From Chiloscyllium plagiosum (lineage: Eukaryota), in contig NW_025215079.1 in assembly GCF_004010195.1 (NCBI RefSeq), forward strand, positions 3,514 to 58,358: 54,845 bases of DNA, given 5' to 3'. How positions within the stretch are numbered: position 1 is the first letter of the stretch; every line of letters starts with the position of its first letter. Below the pieces are notes generated by a model. That model saw only the letters and a program-made list of their open reading frames with translations, ran no database searches and was not told the origin of the DNA. Shown here one piece after another: positions 33,047 through 45,132 of this stretch. Both the position numbers and the translations under genes were made by a program.

Positions 33047-34404
33047 TATATAATCTCATTCTTGTCGTGTCTGTCTCTTTCTGTCATTTACTCCCTCTGT
33101 TTCTTTCTCTCTCACCCTCCCCTTCTCGTTCTCTTTTTCTCTGTTTCAGATCTGAGAGTACTAACCCAATTTTCCACTCTCCACAAGTATTATGCTCCCA
33201 TTTTCACTCCACTCCAAAATTTTGCCCTTCCCCAAATATTTTCTCTTCCAAATACGTGCCTCACCAAATGTGCACCCCCAAAATATTTTGCTGTCCCCAA
33301 TATTGCGCTGACCTCCACCCAGTGGGGCAGAAGTAAATGAGTCTGTGTAGAATCACTGGGCCTGTGAATGACCAAATTAATGCACAGAAAGATCCCAGTC
33401 CCAGAATTAATGACGCTTCCCAGCACAGAGGGAGTCCACTTGACTAATCATGCTGCAAACCGCTCTAATTAATTGATCCTGTTCCTGTATGACTCTTCAG
33501 AATGGCCTCATTGAAAACTCTTTCTCCGTGATACCCTTCGCTGCCCCTTACTCAACCTCTCGTGCTTGCTCCGTCCAGTTTATTTTATACAACAGCCCCT
33601 CCCTTTTCCCACCTTATTCCTCCATGAAGCACAGCCCTCTCTCTCTCTGGCTGTCTCACACCCTCCCTGCCATCCACCCACCCCACTGGGTACTCGATGG
33701 CATAGCCACTGTCTAAGTGCCTCCCTCCTCCTGCCCTCCCATACTCTCAGCTCCTGTGCTCGAGCACACAGTGCGGGCGTACAGATACTGATCCCACACT
33801 GCAGCCATCCCCTTCCACACACAATGGCTGGGATGAGGGAAATGAATGCACTATTACCAAGTTTGTGAATGACACATCCATCTTTGGAAAGCCAAGTGGT
33901 GAGGATGCAGAGCACCAAAGACAGATTAAATGAATGGATAAAGACTTAGCAGATGGGTTATAAGATGGGGAAATGTGAGGTGATGCACTTTGACAGGACA
34001 AACACAGGATATGAACATTACATAAATGGAGAAAGACTGCGGAAGACTACCGAACCAAGGGATATGGACAGCCATTAATCAGAAAAGGCCACGTTTTGAG
34101 GTCAGTGGGTAATAGAGAAGGCAAATGGAATACTGTAACCAAAATCTGAAATTTCTGGAAAAACACATTCAGAAAAAGAGTCACTGGACCCAAAATGTTA
34201 ACTCTGCTTTCTCTCGACGGATACTGCCATACCTATTGAGTTCCTCCATCAATACTAATTTTGTTTTTGAATTGTAACATCCACAATGCAAGGAATTCAT
34301 GTAACTAGCTTATTTATGGCGTTACTGAACTCTGTCCTGAACCTAGACGATGTTGATCCACAAACAATGTTTGGTGCGTGGCTTCAGGTAACGTCATGTA
34401 ATCA

Positions 34405-35215
34405 CATGTGAGGACAGCAGATACTGGAGATCAGAGACAAGGTTACAGTGATGCTGGAAAAGCACAGCAGGTCAGGCAGCATCCGAGGAGCAGGAAAATC
34501 CATGTTTCGGGCAGGAGCCCTTCGTCACAAATGAGCCTGTGAGCCTCAGGAGTGGAGAGATAAACGGGACGAGTTTGGAGGCTGGGGGAAGGTAGCTGAG
34601 AGTGCAATGGGTGGATGGAGGTGAGGGTAAAGGTGATAGGTCAGAAAGGAGGGTGGAGCAGATAGGTGGAAAGGAAGATTGACAGGTAGGACAAGTTATG
34701 GGGACAGTGCTGAGCTGGAAGGTTGGAACTGAGGTGAGGTGGGGGAAGGGGAAATGAGGAAACTGTTGAAGTCCACATTGATGCCCTGGGGTTGAAGTGT
34801 TCCGAGGCGGAAGATGAGGCGTTCTTCCTCCAGGCGTCTGGTGGTGAGGGAGCGGCGGTGAAGGAGGCCCAGCACCTTCATGTCCTCGGCAGAGTGGGAG
34901 GGGGAGTTGAAATGTTGGGCCACGGGGCGGTTTGGTTGATTGGTGCGGGTGTCTCGGAGATGTTCCCTAAAGCGCTCTGCTAGGAGGTGCCCAGTCTCCC
35001 CAATGTAGAGGAGACCACTTCGGGAGCAACGTATACAATAAATGATATTAGTGGATGTGCAGGTAAAGTTTTGATGGATGTGGAAGGCTCCTTTAGGGCC
35101 TTGGATAGAGGTGAGGGAGGAGGTGTGGGCGCAGGTTTTACAGTTCCTGCGGTGGCAGGGGAAGGTGCCAGGATGGGAGGGTGGGTTGTAGGGGGGCGTG
35201 GACCTGACCAGGTAA
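34405..35215 (-). mobile_element. Penelope-like element (GIY-YIG endonuclease plus terminal repeat)
   Basis: ORF 34696-35370: CHRRNCKTCAH...NIIYCIRCSRSGLLYIGETGHLLAERFREH...PVAQHFN...RRLEEERLIFRLGTLQPQGIN. Confidence 0.88.
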
Positions 35216-35244
35216 TTGTTTATGGAATGGTTTTCATGGAAAGC

Positions 35245-35670
35245 TGACATTTCAACTCCCCCTCCCACTCTGCCGAGGACATCCAGGTCCTGGGCCTCCT
35301 CCTTCACCACTCCCTCAACACCCGACACCTGGAGGTAGAACGCCAAATCTTCTGAATCGGGACGCTCCAACCATATGGCATCAATGTGGACTTCACCAGT
35401 TTCCTCATTTCCCTTCCCGAGAGAAAATGAGGTCTGCAGATGCTGGAGATCAGAGATGGAAATGTGTTGCTGGAGAAGCGCAGCAGGTCAGACAGCATCT
35501 AGGGAACAGGAGAATCGACGTTTCGGGCATTAGCCCTTCTTCAGGAATTCCTGAAGAAGGGCTAATGCCCGAAACGTCGATTCTCCTGTTCCCTAGATGC
35601 TGCCTGACCTGCTGCGCTTCTCCAGCAACACATTTCCATCTCATTTCCCTTCCCCCCAGCTTACCCCAGT
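35245..35670 (+). mobile_element. Inverted partial Penelope copy carrying a palindromic terminal-repeat insertion (35419-35639)
   Basis: 35247-35418 is a diverged reverse complement of about 34740-34915. The palindrome spans 35453-35642 and is centred on GAATTC. Confidence 0.8.
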
Positions 35671-35719
35671 GCGTGGTGTTTCGTTGAAATAATGTTCTAA
35701 TCCAGCTTCGTTGCAAAAT

Positions 35720-36580
35720 ATTAGAACATTATTTAAACAAACCACCGCACACGGCAGCACAGAGGAACTGCACAGAGCAGAGGAAAATCACCTATAACGT
35801 GTATTCAAAAAGAATGGGTACCCAATGAACACAGCCCACTGATTTCTCAGCAACAAACCCATACAAGCAGACAAAACACGTCCAGAAACCCTAGCCGCTC
35901 CCCCCTACATCAAAGGCATCTCAGAAATGACTGCCACACTACTCAAACCCCTTGGCATCATGGTAGCCCACACATCCACCAACACACTAAAACAGCAGCT
36001 AATAAACTTGAAAGGCCCTATACAGACAACAAGCAAAACTAATGCCATTTACAAAATACCGTGTAAGGACTGTAACAAACACTACATTGGACGACCAAGC
36101 AGAATACTAGCCACCAGGATAGATGAACATCAACTGGCCACAAAAAGACCTGACCCACTCTCACTAGTACTCTCACAAACGGATGAGGAAGAACGCCACT
36201 TTGATTGGGACAACACATCCATACTAGGACAAGCCAAACACAGACAAGCATGGGAATTCCTAGAAGCATGGCGTTCCAACCAGAAATCTACCAATCAACA
36301 AACACATTGACTTGGATCCCATTTACCACGCCGTGAGAAAAGGAACAGGAAATGACGTCACCACCAGAAATGACATCACCATGGGGAATGACATCACCAA
36401 CCCAAGGAAACCTAAGCATGTAAATGGAAAGCAGACCATGCCTCCAGTGCTTCATCCAGAGGCTCACTGACGATGTTACCCAGTATGGTGACGAAACATC
36501 TGGAAAGAACCTTCCAGCTCAGCAAGCAAACCTACATCCAATACCTCAACCTGAGCTTCACAACTTCTCAAAACTCACCA
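35720..36580 (+). mobile_element. Penelope-like element, second family (GIY-YIG C-terminus plus 3' region)
   Basis: ORF 35927-36310 (NAIYKIPCKDCNKHYIG...RIDEH...HFDWDNTSIL...EFLEAW). Similar to 53305-54270. Confidence 0.85.
36465..36502 (+). ncRNA. Minimal hammerhead-ribozyme-like motif in a Penelope 3' region (variant)
   Basis: CA-CUGACGA-U-GUUACC/CAGUAU/GGUGAC-GAAAC-AUC-UG. Stem II pairs, but AUC replaces GUC. Confidence 0.5.
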
Positions 36581-36589
36581 AGTGGAAAG

Positions 36590-37010
36590 TTTGTGTTATA
36601 ACGAGAGGCTAAATAAGCTGTGGCTAGTTTTCCTGGAGTGAGTTAAACTGAGGGGTGACCCTATAGAGGGTTATAAAATCATGAGGGGATCTATAAGGTG
36701 AGCGACTAAGGTATGTTCCACAGGGTGGACCCAACCAAAACTCAAGGGCATAGATTTAAGGTTTGAGGGAAATAGAAAGGAATGTGAGGAGCATCTATTT
36801 CACAGAGAGGGTGGCACATATACTAAATAAACTCAAAGAGGAAAAGGTAGAGACGGCTGCAAAATCTACAAGACATTTGGTCAGGTTCATGAATGGCGGA
36901 GGGTTCGAGGTATATGGGCCACATGGGATGAGGTCAGTTTAGGAGACCTGGTCAGCATGTGCGAGTTGGGTTGAAGGGTCTGTTTCCATGCTGTATGACT
37001 GTATGACTCT
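36590..37010 (+). mobile_element. CR1 3' fragment, degenerate
   Basis: ctgaggggtgaccctatagagggttataaaatcatgaggg, and tail ctgtttccatgctgtatgactgtatgactcta. Confidence 0.7.
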
Positions 37011-38058
37011 ACTCACCAACAGCAACGCATTTCCACTGTTTATTGTCCGAGTTCCGTTCCAATTAGTGTCTGCGGCAATAAACAGCTGAATTATGTGTCG
37101 CCATAGTCTTAGCCGAACATAGGGGCTGCTCACTCATTAGGAAGAAGCGACTGGTGGTGATTTAACCTGAGGGCCACCAGACCTCAAGTGAGGGAAGAGG
37201 TTGAGAAGGAGAGTACAGCTGAATAGAGAGGTGACAGAGTATGAAAATTACTCATCTATACCCTGCTGCTTTGGTCAGACAGAATATATTGCCATTCGAT
37301 TATCTTATTGGCTTGTCCTCCAGTCTGCAGGGAAGGGGGCTATTGTTGGATACTGCAATCCAACGTATGAAACTGTACTCTGAAGGCAGTCTAATTCCGG
37401 TGTGTATGGGAGCTGGGGAAATGTTGGTTCTTCTCACAGTTTAACTCCTACTGTGGAGAGGATAGCAGTCAGGATGACCTTGAGGATTTACAGCCTGATT
37501 CTCAACTCAATAAGTGCTGAATGTAGCCTTGCAGGTCCCCAGGAGGTGGGGACAAATACGCCAGTGAAGATGTGGATCGCACAGGATCTCTCGGTTTCGA
37601 GGTGGGTCAAAAGAAACAGCAGAATGGGGTCTGTAAAAGGGGAAGGTTATCTGTTTCATAAAATAAGGCAGCCTGGAGCAGTTTTGTCCAGCAACACAGA
37701 GGTTAAAGCTTGTGTGTTGCGTGGTGAAATTGTGCTGTTACAATTGAAAACTAAACATCATTTATAGGGCTTTTAAGAGACAGCACAGCCTCCTTAGTAG
37801 CCACACACGCAGATGACAAGCAACATGAGTTCGACTGGGACAACACTACTATCATAGGACCAGCCAGACAGAGAACAGCCAGGGAATTCCTAGAGGCATG
37901 GCACTCATCCACAAACTCCATCAACAAACACATCGACCTGGACCCAATATACCGACCATTGCAGCGGATAGCTGAAACTGACAACCGGAAGCGACAGATA
38001 CAAATCACTATAAGTGCCGGAGGAAACATCACAGAAGCGCTTCACAGGAGGCTCCCAA

Positions 38059-38098
38059 GCACTGAGGATGTCACCTAGACAGGGGACGAAACGTCTGC
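38059..38098 (+). ncRNA. Minimal hammerhead-ribozyme-like motif, predicted cleavage after C38095
   Basis: GCA-CUGAGGA-U-GUCACC/UAGACA/GGGGAC-GAAAC-GUC-UGC. It has the core CUGANGA and GAAA, stem I GCA/UGC, stem II, and a loopless palindromic ACGU stem III. Confidence 0.65.
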
Positions 38099-38164
38099 AA
38101 CACAAATTCCCAGCTCGGCGAACAGAACCACAACGACAAGCACCCAAGCTACAAATCTTCTCCC

Positions 38165-38356
38165 CTATCTTCCTGGTGGTGGAAGTTGAATAAAGCTTCG
38201 TGCACCTTGTGTCTCTCACTGTGTCTCACACCTTCACACACACACCATGGGGGCTGGGGGAAAAAAAATAAGCACTACCGCAGTTAGTGTGGGGGTTAAT
38301 TTAAGAAAAGAAGAAAAAGAAAAAGAAAAAATAAACTGGAAAAAAAAGAAAAAAAA
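38165..38356 (+). mobile_element. Short retroposed 3' end with an A-rich tail and a 14-bp TSD
   Basis: TSD acaaatcttctccc at 38151-38164 and 38357-38370. Internal AATAAA and an A-rich tail at about 38303-38356. Confidence 0.75.
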
Positions 38357-39024
38357 ACAAATCTTCTCCCAAACTTTGAGCGTTAATTACAAGAAAAGAC
38401 CAATCACACGTAAGAAGGTGACATGATTGACAGCAGGTTAATCCAATGATATTTCCTGGGAAATGATTCTTGTCTCACGTCGATCATCTTCTCATGCTGG
38501 CAGTTCAAGGTAAGTTGGAGTAGTCAGTTAATGTCTCATGATTCATTTGATGGAAACTCCATTGTCTGCTTTACCTTCGAATTCAGCTAACTCCGCAAAA
38601 CACTGATACAGGTTTACAATGTCAAGGCACAACCTGCAGGCATTTTGTTGTGTTATTTTAAATTGAAAAGCCATTTTGTGGTTAATGAAAGCCGACGTAT
38701 CTTTGTTGCGTCTGACAACAGCCTATATTCCAATTTTGGATCCTCACTAGGAGGACACAGATGTTCTTTTATACTGTAAGTTGTCTCATTAAATCAAAAG
38801 TTCTGATTTTCAGCAGGGAGCACAGGGAATGTCATGTAGTCAAAGAATTATAGCATCAAGACAGGCCCATCAGCCCACCATGTCTATGCTGTTCAACAAA
38901 TACCAAACTACATTAATCCTATTCAGTTGCATTAGGTCCATAGATAGATTCTGTAGCATTGTAAGTGCTCGCTCAGATGCTTTTCCAATGTTGGATGAGC
39001 ACCTGCCTTCATCACCCTTTCAGA

Positions 39025-39730
39025 CAGTGCCCTCCAACGCATCTCATCCACATCCCGCACCTCCGCCCTCAGACCCCACCCCTCCAACCCTAACAAGGAC
39101 AGAACGCCCCTGGTGCTCACCTTCCACCCTATCAACCTTCGCATAAACCAAATCATCCGCCGACATTTCCGCCACCTCCAAACAGACCCCACCACCAGGG
39201 ATATATTTCCCTCCCCACCCCTCTCCGCCTCCAAACAGACCCCACCACCAGGGATATATTTCCCTCCCCACCCCTCTCCGCCTCCAAACAGACCCCACCA
39301 CCAGGGATATATTTCCCTCCCCACCCCTCTCCGCCTCCAAACAGACCCCACCACCAGGGATATATTTCCCTCCCCACCCCTCTCCGCCTCCAAACAGACC
39401 CCACCACCAGGGATATATTTCCCTCCCCACCCCTCTCCGCCTCCAAACAGACCCCACCACCAGGGATATATTTCCCTCCCCACCCCTCTCCGCCTTCCGC
39501 AAAGACCGTTCCCCCCGTGACTACCTGGTCAGGTCCACGCCCCCCTACGACCCACCCCCCCATCCTGGCACTTTCCCCTGCCACCGCAGGAACTGTATTC
39601 CACCTATCCACTCCACCCTCTCCTCCCTGACCTATCACCTTCATCCCCTCCCCCACTCACATATTGTACTCTATGCTAATTTCTCCCCACCCCCACCCTC
39701 CTCTAGCTTATCTCTCCACGCTTCAGGCTC
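39025..39730 (+). mobile_element. Penelope-like fragment (same family as 34405-35215) with an internal 6 x 53-bp perfect tandem array (39176-39493)
   Basis: Peptides LTFHPINLRINQIIRRHFRHLQTDPTTRDIFPSPPLSA and DYLVRSTPPY...HPGTFPCHRRNC. Units start at 39176, 39229, 39282, 39335, 39388 and 39441. Confidence 0.85.
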
Positions 39731-39734
39731 ACTC

Positions 39735-41480
39735 ATCCACTGAGGTAATTTGGGTTGAGGTTAGAAACAGGAAAGGAGAGGTCACCCTGTAGGGAGTTTT
39801 CTATTGGCATCCGAATAGTTCCAGAGACATAGAGGAAAGGATAGCAAATATGATTTTAGATTGGAGCGAGACTAACAGTGCAATTTTTATGGGGACTTTA
39901 ACTTCCCCAACATTGACTAGGAATACTATAGTTTAAGTAGATTAGATGGATCAGTTTTTGTTCAATGTATGCAGGAAGGTTTTCTGACACAATATGTAGA
40001 CAGGCCAACAAGGGGCGATGCAATATTGGGTTTGGTACTGGGGAATGAACCCAGCCAGGTGGTCGATTTGGCAGTGGGTGAGCACCTTTTGGCAATAATT
40101 CAGTTATTTTTACAGTAGTTATGGGCAGGGGTAGGTATATACCACAGAGAAAGATGCATAACTGGGGGAAAGGCAATTACAATGCGATAAGGCTAGATTT
40201 AGGATGCATAGGATGAGGAAGGAAACTACAGGGGATGGACACACTTGAGATGTGGAGCTTATTCAAGGAACAGCTACTGCGGGTAACCAACACAGTTTTG
40301 TGAAGGGTCGTGCCTCACTTACCTTATTGAGTTCTTCAAGAAGGTGACTAAGCAGGAGGAAGAAGTTAAAGTGGTTGAAGTGTATACGGAGTTTAGTAAG
40401 GCGTTTGATGTGTTCACCAATGGTAGGCTGTTCCACAAAATGAGGAGTTTCAGGACTGAAGGTGATTTGTTGGTTTGGATCAGAAAGTGGAAGAAGACAG
40501 AGGGTGGAGGTTGATGGGAAATGTTCATCCTGGAGCTCAGTTACCAGTGGGTGTGCCACAATAATCTATTTTGTGGCCACTGCTGTTGGGTTTTTTTTAA
40601 AAGATCTAGAGGTGGGCGTAGAAAGATGGGTTAGTAAATTTGCAGATGACACTAAGGTAGGCAGAGTTGTGGATAGTAACTGGGCTGAGAAGTGGCCAAT
40701 GGATTTTAACGTGGAAAAGTGTGAGGAAGTTCACTTTTGAAGAAGTAACAGGAATGCAGATTACTGGGCTAATGGTAAGATTCTTAGCAGTGTAGATGAA
40801 CACAGAGATCTCGGTGTCCAGGTGCATAAATCCCTGAAAGTTTCCACCCAGGTTAGTAAGGTTGTTAAGAAGGCATATGGTGCGTTGGCGTTTATTGGAA
40901 GAGGGATTGAATTTCGGAGCCATGAGGTCAAGCTTCAGCTGTTCAAAACGCTGATAAGGTCGCACCTGGAGTATTGTCTACAGTTCTGATCAACACATTA
41001 TTGGAAGTACGTGGGAGCTTTGGAAAGGGTTCAGAGTAGATTTACTAGGATGTTGCCTGCTATGGAATGAAGGTGTTACGAGGAAAGGCTGAGGGAACTG
41101 ATGCTGTTTTCATTGGAGTGAAGAATGTTGAGAGATGATTATATCGACACGGACATGATAATCCGAGGGTTAGATAGAGTGGAAGTGAGAGTCTTTTCCC
41201 TCGGTTGGTGAAGGCTAACATGAGGTGACATAGCGTTAAATTGAGGAGTGATAGATTTAGGAGAGATATCAGGGGTAGTTTCTTTACTCAGAGAGTAGTA
41301 AGGGTGTGGAACAGCCTGCCTGCAGGAGTCGTAGACTCGCAGACATTAAGAGTATTTAACTGGGTATTGGATATACATTTGGATAATAATGGAATGGTGT
41401 ATGTTAGATGGGCATCCGATTAATTTCACTGGTCAGCGCAACATCGAGGGCCAAAGGCCCGTTACTGGGTTCTAATGTTC
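39735..41480 (+). mobile_element. CR1 LINE with a large internal deletion (about 40282), degenerate
   Basis: Endonuclease-region DNA (EVIWVEVRNRKGE, GDFNFPNID) is joined directly to the QHSFVKG region, followed by SKFADDTK and the 3' tail. Confidence 0.85.
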
Positions 41481-41739
41481 CATAAATCTATTTATTCATG
41501 GGGAGACTCAATCTGAGTTCAGAAGCAATTCACTATCATGTCGAACTATCCCGTTCCACCAAATCTCTGATTAATTGCCAAACAGCTGAGAGCAGCATAA
41601 AGTGAGAAGAGATTCGCCTGTCTCTGGCAAGAGAAGCATCATTCTTAGAAAGGTATCAACTTTTGTCTTATTAGAGAGACCAGGCCGTACTGGTTTCTGC
41701 TCTTAGTTTCCCTTGATATTAATCCTATGTGAGTATCTA

Positions 41740-42142
41740 GTCCCAACACCCAGCCCATATCACCCCAAACCCTTCCTATTCATATACCCATCCAAATGCC
41801 TCTTAAATGTTGCAATTGTACCAGCCTCCACCACATCCTCTGGCAGCTCATTCCATACACGTACCACCCTCTGGGTGAAAAAGTTGCCCCTTAGGTCCCT
41901 TTTATATCTTTCCCCTCTCACCCTAAACCTATGCCCTCCAGTTCTGGACTCCCCCACCCCAGGGAAATGACTTTTCCTATTTATCCTATCCATACCCCTC
42001 ATAATTTTGTAAACCTCTATAAGGTCATCCCTCAGCCTCCGACGCTCCAGGGAAAACAGGCCCAGCCTGTTCAGCCTCTCCCTGTAGCTCAGATCCTCCA
42101 ACCCTGGCAACATCCTTGTAAATCTTTTCTGAATTCTTTCAA
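41740..42142 (-). mobile_element. CR1 3' fragment
   Basis: ORF 41760-42149 (ERIQKRFTRMLPGL...LFSLERRRLRDDLIEVYKIM...NFFTQRVVRVWNELP). Confidence 0.9.
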
Positions 42143-42289
42143 CTTTCACACATTTCAGAGCTGTCTCCTGGTCTGGATGGTCCAGAATTATTACTCTCCT
42201 TGATTCGGACTTTCAGAGCTGTCCCCTGGTCTGACTGAACCAAACTGAGTAGCCAGGAGGACGAATCATCTCTGTCCCAGGTCAGGCCT

Positions 42290-42978
42290 GTGCAGCTGTT
42301 TTGCAGGGGCAACAAGTCATTAAGAAAGCACATGGTATAGTGTCCCTCATTGCTAGAGGGGTGGAGTTTAAAAATAGGAAGATTAAGCTGCGGCTGCATA
42401 GGGTGCTGATGAGGCCAGACCTGGGTACTGTGTACAGTTTAAGTCTCCTTACTTCAGAAAAGATGCACTGACACTGGACTGGGTGCACAGGATGTTCACT
42501 GGGTTGACTCTGGAATGGGGAGGGTTGCCGTATGAAGAGACGTTGAGCAGGCTGGGACTGTACTCATTGGAATTGAGAAGAATGAGGGGTGAATCTTATA
42601 GAAATATATAAAATGATGAAGAGAATAGATGAGAGGGAAGCAGGAACTAGTGGGTGAAACTGGAACAAAGGACCATAGCCTCAAAATGAGGGGGAGGCAA
42701 ATTTAGGACTGAGTTGAGGAGAAACGTCTTCACCCAAGGGGTTGTGAATCTATGAAATTCCTTGCCCAGTGAAGCAGTTGAGGCTTTCTTGTTGAAATCC
42801 TTTTTTTGACAAGGTAAAGGTAGATAGATTTCTGAACCGTTAAAGAATTAAGGGTGATGGTGAGTGGGCGGGTGAGTGGAGTTGAGTCCATGGGATGGTC
42901 AGCCACGAACTTATGGAATGGCAGAGCAGAATCGAGGGGCCAAATGGCCTGCTCATAGTCCTATTTCTTATATTCTTG
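42290..42978 (+). mobile_element. CR1 3' fragment
   Basis: IARGVEFKNRK..., aggctgggactgtactcattggaattgagaagaatgagggg, and tail tatttcttatattctt. Confidence 0.75.
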
Positions 42979-43324
42979 AGGTCTTATCATTTGGAAAAAG
43001 AATATCAACGTTTTTTATAAATGTCCTTGTCCAGAGAGTATTTAAAGTAAGTCAGACTTTCCCCATCGGTGTTACCTTTCATGTGAGATTACTGATAAGT
43101 AATTTTTAATATCAATTCATAACTTTAGTGAAACTGTGGAGTAATACCTGAAACTTGTTTTTCCAAAAACAGAACTAATTTTGAGAAATTGTTGTGCCAT
43201 TTATGGCATAATGTATCCTCGTGAGTTTGAAATGAATTTCTCAGTCTTTGGATCTTTATTCCTCTCCATTTCAATTTTGATTTTTTTTTGACAAACTGTC
43301 CATGTTGAAAAGCCGAGTTCTAAA

Positions 43325-43755
43325 ACATAGAACATAGAAGAATACAGCGCAGTACAGGCCCTTCGGCCCTCGATGTTGCGCCGATCCAAGCCCACCTAAC
43401 CTACACTAGCCCACTATCCTCCATATGCCTATCCAATGCCCGCTTAAATGCCCATAAAGAGGGAGAGTCCACCACTGCTACTGGCAGGGCATTCCATGAA
43501 CTCACCCTGAGTAAAGAACCTACCCCTAACATCTGTCCTATACCTACCACCCCTTAATTTAAAGCTATGCCCCCTCGTAATAGCTGACTCCATATGTGGA
43601 AAAAGGTTCTCACGGTCAACCCGATTTAAACCCCTAATCATCTTGTACACCTCTATCAAGTCACCCCTAAACCTTCTTTTCTCCAATGAAAACATGACCT
43701 CAGGACTCCGGAACTCAATTCCTCTACCAATAAAAGCCAGTACTCCATATGCCTT
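43325..43755 (-). mobile_element. CR1 3' fragment with an internal deletion
   Basis: ORF 43444-43695 ([22 protein letters not shown]...[10 protein letters not shown]). Close to the reverse complement of 50295-50670. Confidence 0.88.
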
Positions 43756-45132
43756 CTGTCCCTCAGTCTGTGAGCTTTATATCTCTGTGTATCTCTGTGT
43801 GTGTGACGCTCTGTCCCTGTCTATACAACTCCATTACCAAGCTGAAGCAGGACCTCTGAACCAAAGTGTCTTGTCTAATCTGAGATGTCACTTCTTGTGC
43901 ATTGACAAAAGCTTTAATTATCAAGGACAAAGACTTGAAAGCAACCTGGATTTTGCATTATATCAGCTGTCTACCTCCTAACTAATATCATGGATTCAAG
44001 AAGAGCAGCTAATTTTAAAATTGTTAACTTTTTGCTTATAAATACTGCCTCATACCTCTCTATCAAACCATAGCTGAGGAAGTTAGTATTCTCTTTCCAA
44101 TTGATAAGACCTCAAGAATATAAGAAATATGACTATGAGCAGGCCATTTGGCCCCTCGATTCTGCTCTTCCATTCAATAAGCTCATGGTCTGATTTTTTA
44201 CATTTACCAAAGTTGATGTTGGAATGACGATCTGCCTGGCCGTCTATTCCCAGTTACCAGTTTGTATCTCTTTGTATTTGTACTTGAATCAAACTTTGTT
44301 TGGGGCTGACTACACACTTCTGTGCCCTTTGAACCCTGTGTAATGAACCGAGTGCATCATATTATCTAAGTCTGTATCATAGAGAGTCTGACAGTGTGTT
44401 CCTGGAATGAAATGGTTGTTTCACGAAATTAACAACACACAGATCAAATCGAAAACCCATTACCCACATCCTACATGCATCTCTTTTTCAAACCCTTCAT
44501 TGTATTCTATCGGTGATGAAGATGAAATCTCCCTGAGTCTACTTGTCTCAAACTGTGCCAGCATTGTCTCTGTAACATTGTACCTGTCCCAGTCAACACT
44601 GGTCTAAAGTGAACAACTCAGCTTCTCCAAACAGACTGTGCAGCTAAAGGTCCTCATAACTAGAACCATCTTGTGAAATCTACTCTGGGCCGTCTGAAAC
44701 ATACACAACAAGAATTGAATGAGACACAGCGGGTTGTGGTGATGATGAGGTGGACTCAGTAAAGCACAGAGCTCGACTTCATCGATGCAAACCTGCCGTC
44801 ACTCACCATCCCTGACATCGGAGGAGGGACAGGGGAAGCCTGGAGGGTGAAAGGTTTCTCTGTGGAAATCGCAGAGACACATTGCAAGGCATCGCGAGGT
44901 TGAATTTCCCCTGGTTTTTGTGCACAACTTCCAAATGAAGGACTAGTTTGATTTGATTTGATTTGATTTGATTTATTTATTGTCACATGTACATTGTTAC
45001 AAAATGAAGCAAAAAATGTTAATATAATGTCGCCAATTTCCTGAGCCATCTAAAAACTGAAAAATAAACCAAACCACAGAATATAAAGGCAGGGAAATAA
45101 AAGAAATAGAGGTCAAATTTGCAGTCCTTCTT

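Larger units (their letters stand above)
37765..38380 (+). mobile_element. Penelope-like 3' fragment, interrupted by an insertion at 38165-38356
   Basis: Encodes HEFDWDNTTIIGPARQRTAREFLEAWHS...INKHIDLDPIY, the same motif as 36190-36330. Confidence 0.8.

Noticed and set aside
39176..39493. Regular repeat array resembling CRISPR
   Set aside because: The units are contiguous and identical with no spacers, the context is eukaryotic, and the array lies inside a retroelement.
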